This document shows positions 1 through 10,753 of a stretch of 52,830 nt of DNA, in pieces. The DNA is taken from assembly GCA_023819035.1 (NCBI GenBank), contig JAMWCL010000003.1:1-52830 (forward strand), given 5' to 3'. Under the pieces are notes generated by a model. That model ran no database searches. It was not told the origin of the DNA and saw only the letters and a list, made by a program, of their open reading frames with translations. Positions within the stretch are counted from its first letter, which is position 1. Each line of letters starts with the position of its first letter. The stretch comes from Candidatus Omnitrophota bacterium. Its GTDB lineage: Bacteria > Omnitrophota > Gorgyraeia > Gygaellales > Profunditerraquicolaceae. Made by a program: the position numbers and the translations under genes.

Positions 1-692
<692 letters not shown>

Positions 693-983
693 TTACTCGG
701 TAATTATTGCTAAAACATCCTCTTCTTTAATAATCAAATGCTCTTCACCCTCTATCTTAATCTCTGTACCAGAATATCTTCCATAAAGAATCCTGTCTCC
801 CACCTTTACCTCCAGAGGCTGGATCTTTCCATCCTCCAGAACCCTGCCTTTACCTACCGCAATAACCTTACCCTCCTGAGGTTTCTCTTTAGCAGTATCA
901 GGAAGAATAATCCCACCCTTAGTTTTCTCTTCTGCCTCTAAGGGCTTAACTAAGATTCTGTCTCCCAAAGGTAAAATCTTCAT
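693..983 (-). CDS. groES: Co-chaperonin GroES
   Basis: PLGDRILVK...[24 protein letters not shown]; adjacent to groEL. Confidence 0.98.
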   Translation of the reverse strand: MKILPLGDRILVKPLEAEEKTKGGIILPDTAKEKPQEGKVIAVGKGRVLEDGKIQPLEVKVGDRILYGRYSGTEIKIEGEEHLIIKEEDVLAIITE

Positions 984-1008
984 CTTTTCTCCCTCCTTTC
1001 TTTTTATT

Positions 1009-1035
1009 TTGGCAGTTTCTCCATGAGAATGCTAA
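1009..1035. promoter_or_regulatory. CIRCE (HrcA operator) upstream of groES
   Basis: Minus strand TTAGCATTC-N9-AACTGCCAA versus consensus TTAGCACTC-N9-GAGTGCTAA; hrcA is in the window. Confidence 0.85.
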
Positions 1036-1052
1036 TTAAAACCCAAAAAATT

Positions 1053-1349
1053 TTAAGCCTGCTTCATCTTAGATTCCATCTCCAGGATTACCTTGATCCC
1101 GTCAATCTTTACCTTGCGTCTTTTCATGAGAAACCAAATATGCTTTAGTTTTTTCATCTCATTTATAGAATAAAGACGTGCGCAATGACCTTTGCGTGGC
1201 GGAGAAACGATCTTTTCCCGATCAAGCTGCTTTAGCACCCAAACAGGAATACCTAATAGCCTACAGACCACACCCGTAGGAAATATAGGTTCATCGGAAT
1301 CAAGCTTAAATTCTTCATTATTAATTACCCCTAAAACAGATCTTCTCAT
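1053..1349 (-). CDS. MerR-family (HspR-like) transcriptional regulator, paralog 1
   Basis: DEPIF...VVCRLLGIPVWVLKQLD...RLYS MerR wHTH. ATG at 1349 preferred over TTG at 1355 because of promoter position. Confidence 0.85.
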   Translation of the reverse strand: MRRSVLGVINNEEFKLDSDEPIFPTGVVCRLLGIPVWVLKQLDREKIVSPPRKGHCARLYSINEMKKLKHIWFLMKRRKVKIDGIKVILEMESKMKQA

Positions 1350-1360
1350 AAACAAAATTT

Positions 1361-1389
1361 ATTATATCAAATTTCGTGTAATTTGTCAA
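1361..1389 (-). promoter_or_regulatory. Consensus sigma70 promoter for merR-groES-groEL
   Basis: TTGACA (1389-1384), 17 bp, TGn-TATAAT (1366-1361). Confidence 0.85.
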
Positions 1390-1423
1390 GTATTTTCGTA
1401 ATTTTTTTTTCGTTTTTTGAAAT

Positions 1424-2950
1424 TTAATAATGTCGCTGGTGAGCAATCGTCATATCCAAGAATGAACGTAATCTTCTTGAACGCGATGGATGTCTTAATT
1501 TCTTTAGTGCCTTGGCTTCAATCTGTCTTACGCGTTCGCGCGTAACCTTAAATACCTTACCCACTTCTTCTAAAGTCCGCGGACAACCATCATTTAATCC
1601 AAAACGTAAGATTAAAATCTTTCTTTCTCTTTCACTGAGACTACTTAAGGCACTTTGCATCTCTTCTTTAAGCATTGCCTGCACGGTAGCATTTGCCGGA
1701 GAAATTGCCTTCCTGTCCTGAATAAAATCTCCAAAATGTGTATCCCCTTCATCACCGATGGGCGTCTGTAAAGAAATGGGCTCTTGCGCGATCTTAAGTA
1801 TTGCCTTAACCTTCTCTTGGGGTAACCTCATCTTTTGGGCGATCTCTTCGGTTGTAGGTTCCCTGCCATATTCTTGGACAAAGACCCGAGAAAATCTAAT
1901 TATCTTATTTATTGTTTCGGTCATATGCACAGGAATCCTTATTGTGCGCGCCTGGTCCGCAATCGAACGGGTTATCGCCTGTCTTATCCACCAAGTAGCG
2001 TAAGTAGAAAATTTATATCCCCTTTTATATTCAAATTTCTCTACTGCTTTCATCAAGCCAATATTACCTTCCTGAATCAAATCTAAGAAAGATAGCCCCC
2101 GATTAGTATATTTTTTAGCAATGCTAACCACTAATCTTAAATTTGCCTCCACAAGACGTTTTTTGGTGCGGTTAAATCTCATATGGGCAGACTTAATAAG
2201 CTTCATCTGCTCCTTTATTTTAGAATATGGCTCACCCAATTTTTTTAATATCTCCCTTCTGCGTCTGAGATTATGCTTCTTCTGTCGGTTGATATACTCA
2301 ATTTCTCTCAATAGATTATTTAAACGCTTTAGAACCACTTCAATCACCGAGGTGGTAAAGTTAAACCTCAAAAGAAGCTCTAAGGTCCTTGCAGGGCTGC
2401 GTGTAGATTTTATAGATTGAACAATTCTTCTGAATCTTTTAAGGATATTTCTTTTTTGAGACTTAACCTCTTCCTTTACTACATCTTCAAGGTTTATCTT
2501 ACCTTCAAAGATCTCCTTAACTACATTTAAAATTTGATTGCGTGCAAATTTTGTGCTTAACACTGCCCGTTTAAATCTCTCTTCTGCCTCTTCAATCTTA
2601 CGGGCAAGCTCTATTTCACTTTCTCGAGAAAGCAAGGAGATCGACCCCATCTGCTTAAGATACATCTTTACAGGATCGTCCAAGGGCAAGAACCTTTCTT
2701 CCATCTTTAACTGCTCAACTAAGAGCTCATCCTTAAATAAAGGAGCTTGTTTTTCAGGCAGTTTTTCTTCTTCCGATTCTACAACTGGGATATCCTTGCT
2801 TCCCAACATCTCAAATAACCTATCTATATCCTCGGAAGAGGAAACATCCTCAGGCAAGAGTTCGTTTACCTCATCATAAGTAAGAAAACCTTTTTGTTTA
2901 CCTAAGGCAATAATCTTTTCTAATTCTCTGCTGTATTCCTTCTTTCTCAT
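1424..2950 (-). CDS. rpoD: RNA polymerase primary sigma factor RpoD
   Basis: Region 1.1, [49 protein letters not shown]; follows dnaG. Confidence 0.97.
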   Translation of the reverse strand: MRKKEYSRELEKIIALGKQKGFLTYDEVNELLPEDVSSSEDIDRLFEMLGSKDIPVVESEEEKLPEKQAPLFKDELLVEQLKMEERFLPLDDPVKMYLKQMGSISLLSRESEIELARKIEEAEERFKRAVLSTKFARNQILNVVKEIFEGKINLEDVVKEEVKSQKRNILKRFRRIVQSIKSTRSPARTLELLLRFNFTTSVIEVVLKRLNNLLREIEYINRQKKHNLRRRREILKKLGEPYSKIKEQMKLIKSAHMRFNRTKKRLVEANLRLVVSIAKKYTNRGLSFLDLIQEGNIGLMKAVEKFEYKRGYKFSTYATWWIRQAITRSIADQARTIRIPVHMTETINKIIRFSRVFVQEYGREPTTEEIAQKMRLPQEKVKAILKIAQEPISLQTPIGDEGDTHFGDFIQDRKAISPANATVQAMLKEEMQSALSSLSERERKILILRFGLNDGCPRTLEEVGKVFKVTRERVRQIEAKALKKLRHPSRSRRLRSFLDMTIAHQRHY

Positions 2951-2955
2951 ATTCC

Positions 2956-4704
2956 TTATCCTTTCTTAATTAACTGGTCAAACTCCTGAATAAGCCTTTT
3001 AAGTGTCTGTTCGTCATGTAGATCCTGTGCTTTTTTTATCTGATCATGAAGAAACTGCCTTTTTAATCTTAACCTTTGGTTCTTTAGTCGCTTGATGCAA
3101 TCCTCTAAAATCTCCTGTTTCTTCTCCGAAGATACATCAGGCAGAAAGGAAGATTCACAGATAATCCGGGAGACCTCATCTTCATTTAAATAATTTATAA
3201 GATAGCGAGGTTCAATGGTCTTGCCCTGCTCAATAAGCTCAAACATAATCGCCACGATTCGCGAAACCCGATCATCCTGAAAATCCGCTGGCTCAAGATT
3301 ATTCCTTACATATTCAATAAGTGCATTTTCTTCTAACATAAGGCGCATTAACAACCTTTCCGTAGGATTAATATTTATAGGTTTTTTCTCAATCTTCGGT
3401 TCTACCTGCGGATAGGATCTTAGCTTTATCCTTTTTATTTCCTGCCATAAGGCATCTTCTTCCACATTCAATTCCTCAGCTAAGCGTCTGATATATTCTG
3501 ATTTAAGGATGGCATTCTTAAATTTATTTATTGTGGGTAACATCTCTGAAGAGATACCTGTTTTGCCTTCGATGCTCAAAGGGTCATAGCGAGATTTTAA
3601 AACCTTTAATTTATAATCAAAAAGACTTTCTGCCCGATTGAGTTTTTCTTTAAATTTTTCTATACCAAATCTGCGCACATATAAATCCGGGTCAAAACCT
3701 TCGGGTAAAGAAACAACCCTAACATTCATCTCCTCTTCTATAAAAATATCTAAACTTCTTAAGGTAGCTAGTTGTCCTGCTTTATCCGCATCATATACCA
3801 AGATCACATTATGGGTGTATCTTTTTAATAAACGTACCTGATCATGGGTAAGCGCGGTTCCCAAAGAGGCGACAATATTATTTAGTCCTTCTTGATAAGG
3901 AATGATACAATCAAGATAACCCTCAACTATCACTACATAATCATCCTGTCTTATACTATCCTTAGTTAAATTTAATCCATAGAGATTCTTTCCTTTATTA
4001 TAGATAATCGTTTCAGGCGAATTAATATATTTGGGTAAACTGTTATCTAGTACCCTTGCCCCAAAACCAATAACCCTTGTTTTTATATCAAATATGGGAA
4101 AGATAATCCGATGGCGAAACCTATCATAATAACCACCGCCTTCTTTAGGAATTATAAGTCCGGCCTTCTCCAATAGCGAAAGGCTTATATTCTTGGCTCT
4201 TAAATACCCCATTAATGCCTCCCATCCCTCAGGAGCATAACCTAATTTAAATAACCTTAAGGTCTCTTCCTTTAGGGCTCTTTTTAAAAGATAGATCTTT
4301 GCCGCCTTTGCCTCTTCAGAATTTAAGAGATGATGATAAAAATTGGCTGCTAATTCATTTATATGATAAATCTGCATAACCATCCCTGTACTCTGCGAAT
4401 CTTTAGCTTCAGGCAAAACTACCCCTGCTTTCTTTGCCAGGGTCTTTACCGCCTCGATAAATTCCAAGCGTTCATACTGCATTAAGAACTTAAAGGCGTT
4501 CCCACTTATCCCGCAACCAAAACAGTGGTATATCTGTCGCTCAGGTGAAACCATAAAAGAAGGGGTCTTCTCATGATGAAAAGGACACAGTGCTTTAAAG
4601 TTTCTTCCTGCCCGTTTAAGGGGAATATAACCAGAAATCAATTCCACAATATCAATCCTATTTAAAATCTCCTCCAATATCTCTTGGGGAATTAGCCCTG
4701 CCAT
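2956..4704 (-). CDS. dnaG: DNA primase
   Basis: [11 protein letters not shown]...CFGC zinc domain, [13 protein letters not shown] and YDADKAG TOPRIM motifs. Confidence 0.97.
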   Translation of the reverse strand: MAGLIPQEILEEILNRIDIVELISGYIPLKRAGRNFKALCPFHHEKTPSFMVSPERQIYHCFGCGISGNAFKFLMQYERLEFIEAVKTLAKKAGVVLPEAKDSQSTGMVMQIYHINELAANFYHHLLNSEEAKAAKIYLLKRALKEETLRLFKLGYAPEGWEALMGYLRAKNISLSLLEKAGLIIPKEGGGYYDRFRHRIIFPIFDIKTRVIGFGARVLDNSLPKYINSPETIIYNKGKNLYGLNLTKDSIRQDDYVVIVEGYLDCIIPYQEGLNNIVASLGTALTHDQVRLLKRYTHNVILVYDADKAGQLATLRSLDIFIEEEMNVRVVSLPEGFDPDLYVRRFGIEKFKEKLNRAESLFDYKLKVLKSRYDPLSIEGKTGISSEMLPTINKFKNAILKSEYIRRLAEELNVEEDALWQEIKRIKLRSYPQVEPKIEKKPININPTERLLMRLMLEENALIEYVRNNLEPADFQDDRVSRIVAIMFELIEQGKTIEPRYLINYLNEDEVSRIICESSFLPDVSSEKKQEILEDCIKRLKNQRLRLKRQFLHDQIKKAQDLHDEQTLKRLIQEFDQLIKKG

Positions 4705-4706
4705 CT

Positions 4707-5588
4707 TTAATATCTTTTAAAACGTCTAAATCCCGAACAGGCAAAGATATCAAATTCTTCTTTTGACTCCCTCTCAATCTTATCTAAGAGGAGATTAAGC
4801 CCTAAGGTATCCGAGGAGATATGCCCGGCAATCACTACATTAAGATTAGTATCCCTTACCTTCTTAAAATGCTCTTCACTAAGATGCATCGCTACAATTG
4901 TCCTTACCCCTACCTTAGAGAGATTCTCAAACGAGTCCTTTGGACCTTCTGTACCTCCGGTCATCTCCACAAAAATCCTTCCTGCGGTTCGGTTAGGATT
5001 TCCCAAGATTATCCGTGGACCAGCATTATTTTTCTCTGCCTCTTTATATTCGGGAATCTGATAAAGTATCTCTAAGATATCCTTAAGCTTCTTGGGCTTT
5101 TCTTTATCTAAAAGATGCTGAATAAAACTGGAGGCATGATTATCCGCAGGGGTATGCACACACATAAAAGGTATATCTAACAAAGAAGCTGTATCTACTG
5201 TGCGCATATGATTTTGCGGAAGAATTTTTCTTAAAACCTCCTGCATCCTTTCCTCTAATAGTTGTTGAGCCACATCCGCACAGATGCCTGCCTTGATTAA
5301 TAAATCTACCTGTAAACGCATTACCTCATAAAGTGAGGCATAAGCCTTCCCTTCAGGATGATGCGAAATTACCAAATCAATTCTTTTATTTCTCTTACGT
5401 AGATTATCCGCAAGTAAAAGCTCGGGGGATTCAATATCTATCCCAAGCATAATCCCTTTTACTTCTGTATCAACAGCACCATAAAGTATGGCGGTATCTT
5501 CATAAGATTTAATCTCTTGCTTTTTATCTCGCGGATCGCATTCTCTACCAAATTTTATTATCTGATTGTAAAATTTTAATAATCTCAT
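4707..5588 (-). CDS. NIF3/NGG1p-interacting factor family dinuclear metal protein
   Basis: GIDI...SHHPEG, HTPADN, MTGGTEG, AGHISSD motifs. Confidence 0.8.
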   Translation of the reverse strand: MRLLKFYNQIIKFGRECDPRDKKQEIKSYEDTAILYGAVDTEVKGIMLGIDIESPELLLADNLRKRNKRIDLVISHHPEGKAYASLYEVMRLQVDLLIKAGICADVAQQLLEERMQEVLRKILPQNHMRTVDTASLLDIPFMCVHTPADNHASSFIQHLLDKEKPKKLKDILEILYQIPEYKEAEKNNAGPRIILGNPNRTAGRIFVEMTGGTEGPKDSFENLSKVGVRTIVAMHLSEEHFKKVRDTNLNVVIAGHISSDTLGLNLLLDKIERESKEEFDIFACSGFRRFKRY

Positions 5589-5639
5589 AAGAGGTTAAAT
5601 TTTGTTAGTTATTTGGTAAAATAATTGTTTAAGAAGAAC

Positions 5640-6209
5640 TTAGGATGACTGGACTTCTTCTACCGTGGTATTAAATTTTTCGTTAGGCATAAACTTAGAA
5701 AAGATATTGTTCCATAAAAAACTATAAGTAGATGTAGCCACTTTAATTAAATGCTTTCCCGAATAAGAATTATTTACGCTGTCTTTTAGATAATCTACGC
5801 TTGAAATAAGCAATATAAAGGCAACAAGACTTACCAGTAATAAACCTTTAATTGAACTTAGAATTAAAGCTCCCCACCTATTTAATAAGGGTACTACCTC
5901 TGCTTCGATGAACCGGTCTAAACAATAGCGAAATCCAACAAATAATGCATATACCCCAATAGCCAAGATAAAAAATACCAAAAAATCCAAAAACCTCAGG
6001 GGTATCTTTTCAAGGTTAAAATGCTTACCCAGATAATCAGAAAACAAAGTATAATAATGCATGGAAATATATAGGGCAGAAAGTAGACCTAAGATCTTAA
6101 AGAGCTCGATAAATAATCCATTTTTGAAACCTAAGTAAATACTTCTTATCAAAAGTATTGCCACCAAAATATCTACCCAATTTATCTGCTGGAGAATACC
6201 TGTAATCAT
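5640..6209 (-). CDS. CvpA (colicin V production) family membrane protein
   Basis: NWVDIL...GFKNGLFIEL start, four hydrophobic segments, LNRWGAL motif. Confidence 0.8.
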   Translation of the reverse strand: MITGILQQINWVDILVAILLIRSIYLGFKNGLFIELFKILGLLSALYISMHYYTLFSDYLGKHFNLEKIPLRFLDFLVFFILAIGVYALFVGFRYCLDRFIEAEVVPLLNRWGALILSSIKGLLLVSLVAFILLISSVDYLKDSVNNSYSGKHLIKVATSTYSFLWNNIFSKFMPNEKFNTTVEEVQSS

Positions 6210-6231
6210 TATATTTAATTAAATTTATAAA

Positions 6232-6260
6232 AATATAACATATAAAAATAGGCTTGTCAA
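6232..6260 (-). promoter_or_regulatory. Sigma70 promoter for cvpA-nif3-dnaG-rpoD
   Basis: TTGACA (6260-6255, overlapping the upstream gene's TGA), 17 bp, TGn-TATATT (6237-6232). Confidence 0.65.
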
Positions 6261-7204
6261 GAAAGCGCTTTCAAGAGACTGAACCAGTGGATAGTCTCTT
6301 TAAGCCCCTCTTCTAAGCTTACCTTCACAGACCACTTAAGAAGTCTCTTCGCCTTGATAATATCGGGCTGGCGCCTTTGAGGATCATCCTCGGGAATAGG
6401 CTTAAAGACAATCTTACTTTTAGCCTGGGTTAGCTTAATTATCAAGCGTGCTAATTCTAAGATACTAATCTCTTGTGGATTACCTAAGTTTATGGGTTCA
6501 TTTATCTTAACAAACATAAGACGAAAGATTCCCTCGATCAGGTCAGTAATATAACAAAAGGAGCGGGTATGTTTACCTCTCCCATACACAGTGAGCGGAT
6601 TATTGTTTAATGCCTGAAGGATAAAATTAGGAATAACCCTTCCATCATCACTGCGCATCCTTGGACCGTAGGTATTAAATATGCGGGCAATCCTTATATC
6701 GATATTATGCACCCGATGATAAGCCATTACTAACGCCTCAGCAAAACGCTTGGATTCATCATAGCATCCCCTTACCCCTACAGGATTAACATTACCCCAG
6801 TAACTTTCCTTCTGGGGATGCACTAAAGGATCTCCATAGACCTCGGAGGTAGAGGCAAGCATAAATTTTGCTTTTTTTGCCTTCGCCAGACCTAAGCAAT
6901 TATGTGTGCCTAAAGCTCCTGACTTAAGTGTCTGAATAGGAAGCCTTAAATAATCTTTAGGTGAAGCAATGGAGGCAAAATGGAGAACATAATCAAGTCT
7001 TTCTTTTATCTGGATAAACTTTGTAATATCGTGTCTGATAAATATAAAGTTTTTATCTCTTAGAAGATGCTCTATGTTTTTTAAACTTCCTGTAATAAGA
7101 TTATCTAAACAGATAACCTTAAAGCCTTCCTTTATTAATCGATCGCAGAGATGTGAACCAATAAAACCTGCTCCTCCCGTAACTAATGCTATCTTCTTAG
7201 ACAT
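6257..7204 (-). CDS. UDP-glucuronate decarboxylase (UDP-xylose synthase-like SDR)
   Basis: [42 protein letters not shown]. Confidence 0.9.
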   Translation of the reverse strand: MSKKIALVTGGAGFIGSHLCDRLIKEGFKVICLDNLITGSLKNIEHLLRDKNFIFIRHDITKFIQIKERLDYVLHFASIASPKDYLRLPIQTLKSGALGTHNCLGLAKAKKAKFMLASTSEVYGDPLVHPQKESYWGNVNPVGVRGCYDESKRFAEALVMAYHRVHNIDIRIARIFNTYGPRMRSDDGRVIPNFILQALNNNPLTVYGRGKHTRSFCYITDLIEGIFRLMFVKINEPINLGNPQEISILELARLIIKLTQAKSKIVFKPIPEDDPQRRQPDIIKAKRLLKWSVKVSLEEGLKETIHWFSLLKALS

Positions 7205-8132
7205 TTTCTTGAAAATACTGAACCGTTAACCTTAATCCCTCCATAAAATCTATCTTGGGCTTAAAACCTAAAAGTCTTTTTGCCTGCGAGATATCGGCAT
7301 GTGTCTTAAAGACATCGCCCGCACGGACAGGTAAAAAGACAGGATCTATCTGCTTCTTAGTTATTTTTTTAAGTATCTTTAATAATTCCAAAATAGTATA
7401 ACTTTTACCTGAGGCAATATTAAAGATATTTTTCGTTAAACTCCTTTTTGTGGCTGCTAAAAAATTTGCTTCTACTACATTAGAAACATAGGTAAAATCC
7501 CGTGACTGCTTGCCTGTGCCGTAGATAGGTGGAGACTGATCCCTTAACAGACAGCTAATAAATTTAGGAATCACCACTGCATACTCATCATCTATTGCCT
7601 GTCGCGGACCAAAAACATTAAAATACCTTAAAGATACCGTAGATAGTCCAAATTGCTTCTGATATATCTGACAATAATATTCACCCGTCAATTTAGTAAG
7701 GCCATAAGGTGAAAAGGGAGAAGGTAAAAAATCTTCTTTTTCCGGAAATCTTTTTACCTGTCCGTAAACTGAACTGGAAGAGGCAAATACAAAACGTTTT
7801 ATCCTGTTTCTCAAAGAAGCCTTAAGGAGATTTAAGGTTCCCTGAATATTTACTTCATTGTAAACCTCAGGAATCTCTAAAGACTTCGGTACGCTCCTTA
7901 AGGCTGCCTGATGTAAAACAAAATCAATGCCTCTGGTTACCTTAAAACAGGTCTCTAATGAACGGATATCACCCTGGACCAATTCTATTTTATTTAGAAC
8001 TTCTTTTAAATTCTCTTTTTTACCGGTAGAAAAATTATCTAAGACCCTTACAAAATAACCCCTCTTAACCAGATATTCTACAATATGCGAACCAATAAAA
8101 CCTGCTCCCCCGGTTACTAAAAACCGCTTCAT
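7197..8132 (-). CDS. NAD-dependent nucleotide-sugar 4-epimerase (WbpP/TviC-like)
   Basis: [42 protein letters not shown]. Confidence 0.85.
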   Translation of the reverse strand: MKRFLVTGGAGFIGSHIVEYLVKRGYFVRVLDNFSTGKKENLKEVLNKIELVQGDIRSLETCFKVTRGIDFVLHQAALRSVPKSLEIPEVYNEVNIQGTLNLLKASLRNRIKRFVFASSSSVYGQVKRFPEKEDFLPSPFSPYGLTKLTGEYYCQIYQKQFGLSTVSLRYFNVFGPRQAIDDEYAVVIPKFISCLLRDQSPPIYGTGKQSRDFTYVSNVVEANFLAATKRSLTKNIFNIASGKSYTILELLKILKKITKKQIDPVFLPVRAGDVFKTHADISQAKRLLGFKPKIDFMEGLRLTVQYFQENV

Positions 8133-9430
8133 AATCTTATCACCTTATCCGTTTTTATATCTTTATAGACATTGCGCGTATCAAAAATGAGCGAGGAATT
8201 TTTAAGCAAAAAATCATAATCTATATTTGTATGATCCGTAGTAATTACTGTGCAGTCAAATTTAGCCAAATTGGTTTTTTTTAAGTCTATTGATCTTAAA
8301 TTTATGTGATTAAATTTTAAATAAGGTATCAAGGGATCATGATAAAAGACAGAAGCTCCCTTATTCTTTAGAATCTCAATTATATCTAAAACCGGTGATT
8401 TTCTTAAATCCTTTATATCCTTTTTGTAGGTAACCCCCATAATGAGGATTTTAGCTTTATCTAAGCTAAGATCCTTTTCCTTAAGTATCTCGTCTAATCT
8501 CTCTACTATGTATTTGGGCATCCGGTTAATTATCCGAGAAGCCAATCTAATGAAACAGGAATTAAAGCCAAGTTTCTTTGCCTTCCAGTATAAATATAAA
8601 GGGTCTTTGGGTATGCAATGGCCTCCCACGCCCGGTCCAGGATAGAAAGGCATAAAACCAAAAGGCTTAGTTTTAGCCGCCCCAATCACCTCCCAAATAT
8701 CAATATTCATTTTTTTTGCCATCATCGCTAGTTCATCTATCATCGCAATATTTACTAGACGAAAGGTATTCTCAAGAAGCTTAACCATCTCTGCTACCCT
8801 ACAGGAAGATACTGGAATAACCTTATCAATAATCGTTTTATAAACAAGTGTGGCTAAAGATACAGAGAATTCATCTATGCCCGCGACTATCTTGGGAATA
8901 TTAGTTAAGGTGAACCTTTTGTTTCCGGGGTCTATCCTCTCAGGAGAAAAACAAAGATAAAAATCCTTTAAGCCCTTTTTCTTAAGCATAGGGAGAATGA
9001 CCTCTTCGGTGGTTCCAGGATAGGTAGTACTTTCTAAGATAATTAAGGTATGCTCTTTAATATTACCAGATATATTCTTTATCGCCTCTTTAATAAAAGA
9101 GATATCCGGATAGTATTTTCTTTTTAAAGGAGTGGGAACACAGATAAAAACTACATCGATCTGATCTAAGACCGAAAAGTTAGTGCCGACTAAAAATTTA
9201 TTTTTTTCTATAACCTTTCTTAAATCCGCATTAGAAACATCGGTTATATAACTTATCTTTCTTTTTAATCCTTTGACTCTATCCTTATCTAAATCTATAC
9301 CAAAGACTAAGAAACCTTTCTTGGCAAACTCTATCGCCAAAGGAAGGCCAACATAACCTAACCCTATTACTGCAATCTTAATCTGATGCTGAGAAACCCT
9401 TCTTTTAAATTCTTCTAAAAAATTATTCAT
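8129..9430 (-). CDS. UDP-N-acetyl-hexosamine 6-dehydrogenase (WbpA/WecC/TviB family)
   Basis: GLGYVGLP, ESTTYPGTT, SPERIDPG, GVGGHCIP. Confidence 0.9.
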   Translation of the reverse strand: MNNFLEEFKRRVSQHQIKIAVIGLGYVGLPLAIEFAKKGFLVFGIDLDKDRVKGLKRKISYITDVSNADLRKVIEKNKFLVGTNFSVLDQIDVVFICVPTPLKRKYYPDISFIKEAIKNISGNIKEHTLIILESTTYPGTTEEVILPMLKKKGLKDFYLCFSPERIDPGNKRFTLTNIPKIVAGIDEFSVSLATLVYKTIIDKVIPVSSCRVAEMVKLLENTFRLVNIAMIDELAMMAKKMNIDIWEVIGAAKTKPFGFMPFYPGPGVGGHCIPKDPLYLYWKAKKLGFNSCFIRLASRIINRMPKYIVERLDEILKEKDLSLDKAKILIMGVTYKKDIKDLRKSPVLDIIEILKNKGASVFYHDPLIPYLKFNHINLRSIDLKKTNLAKFDCTVITTDHTNIDYDFLLKNSSLIFDTRNVYKDIKTDKVIRL

Positions 9431-10736
9431 TTAAATACTTAGGCGTTTTTCTGCCTATCCCTATATAACGAAACCCAAGTTTCTCCATTGCCTTTGGTTC
9501 ATATATATTCCGACCATCAATAATTAATGGCCTTTTAAGTAACCTCTTTATCCGAAGAAAATCAAGTTCTTTAAACTCATCCCATTCGGTAATAATTACA
9601 AGGCAATCACTGTTTTTACAGACCTCATAGGCATCCCTACAAAATCTTACCTTATCTAAAATTAACCTTGCTTTTTCCATCGCATAAGGATCATATGCCT
9701 TTATAAAGGCACCCTCATTTTGTAATGCCTTAATGATATCGATGGAAGGGGCATTGCGGATATCATCAGTATTAGGTTTAAATGATAAACCTAATACCCC
9801 GATGGTCTTATCCTTAAGTATCCATAAGGTATCCTTTATCTTTTGTAAAAAAAATTCCTTCTGCTCTTCATTTATCTTTTTAACTATTTTAAGTAACTCA
9901 AAATCATAACCGATCTTTTTAGAGATATTAATAAAGGCATCGATATCCTTAGGAAAACAGGAACCACCGTAGCCTACCCCCGCATTTAAAAATGCCTTTC
10001 CAATCCTCTTATCTAAACCAATACCTTCAGCAACCTCAACTACATCTGCTCCTACCTTATCGCAGATCCTTGAGATTGCATTGATAAAGGAGATCTTGGT
10101 GGCTAAAAAAGAATTAGAGGCATGTTTAATTAGTTCGGCGGATTTAATATCCGTAATTACCAAAGGGGCTTTTAAAGGTTTATAAAGCTCAACAAGAATA
10201 TCCCTTGCCCTTTTTGATTCTACACCAATGACAATTCTATCCGGATGCATAAAATCATTTATCGCTGAGCCTTCTCTTAAAAACTCAGGATTAGAGGCGA
10301 CATCAAATTTAATCTTATCTTTAGTATAGATCTGGATTGTCTGTTTAACCCACTGTCCGGTTTCTACCGGAACTGTGGATTTCTCAACAATTAAACGATA
10401 ACCAGTCATATTTAATGCAATATTTCGGGCTATATTTTCTATACCGGTTAAATCTGCTTCTCCATCAGCAAGGGCAGGTGTGCTGATCGCAATAAATATT
10501 ACCTGGGAATTATTAACTGCCTCTTTAATACTTGAACTAAATTTTATCCTTTTATTTTTTAGATTCTTTAAGATAAATTCTTCTAAGCCAGGTTCATATA
10601 TGGGGATAACCCCTTTTTTAAGAAGGGATATCTTCTTTGTATCATTATCTATACAGATAACTTTATTACCTAACTCGGAAAAACAAGCTGTCGTTACTAA
10701 ACCCACATAACCTGCGCCAATGATTGAGATATTCAT
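9423..10736 (-). CDS. ugd: UDP-glucose 6-dehydrogenase
   Basis: GAGYVGL, KSTVPV, SNPEFLREG, GYGGSCFPKD, FKPNTDD. Confidence 0.92.
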   Translation of the reverse strand: MNISIIGAGYVGLVTTACFSELGNKVICIDNDTKKISLLKKGVIPIYEPGLEEFILKNLKNKRIKFSSSIKEAVNNSQVIFIAISTPALADGEADLTGIENIARNIALNMTGYRLIVEKSTVPVETGQWVKQTIQIYTKDKIKFDVASNPEFLREGSAINDFMHPDRIVIGVESKRARDILVELYKPLKAPLVITDIKSAELIKHASNSFLATKISFINAISRICDKVGADVVEVAEGIGLDKRIGKAFLNAGVGYGGSCFPKDIDAFINISKKIGYDFELLKIVKKINEEQKEFFLQKIKDTLWILKDKTIGVLGLSFKPNTDDIRNAPSIDIIKALQNEGAFIKAYDPYAMEKARLILDKVRFCRDAYEVCKNSDCLVIITEWDEFKELDFLRIKRLLKRPLIIDGRNIYEPKAMEKLGFRYIGIGRKTPKYLNE

Positions 10737-10753
10737 ATTTAATTGGCAATATT

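Noticed and set aside
1368-1385. CAAATT-N6-AATTTG palindrome in the merR-1 promoter spacer as a MerR operator
   Set aside because: The outer CA/TG come from the extended -10 and -35 boxes, the rest is AT-only, and the equivalent in the merR-2 promoter matches only 4/6.
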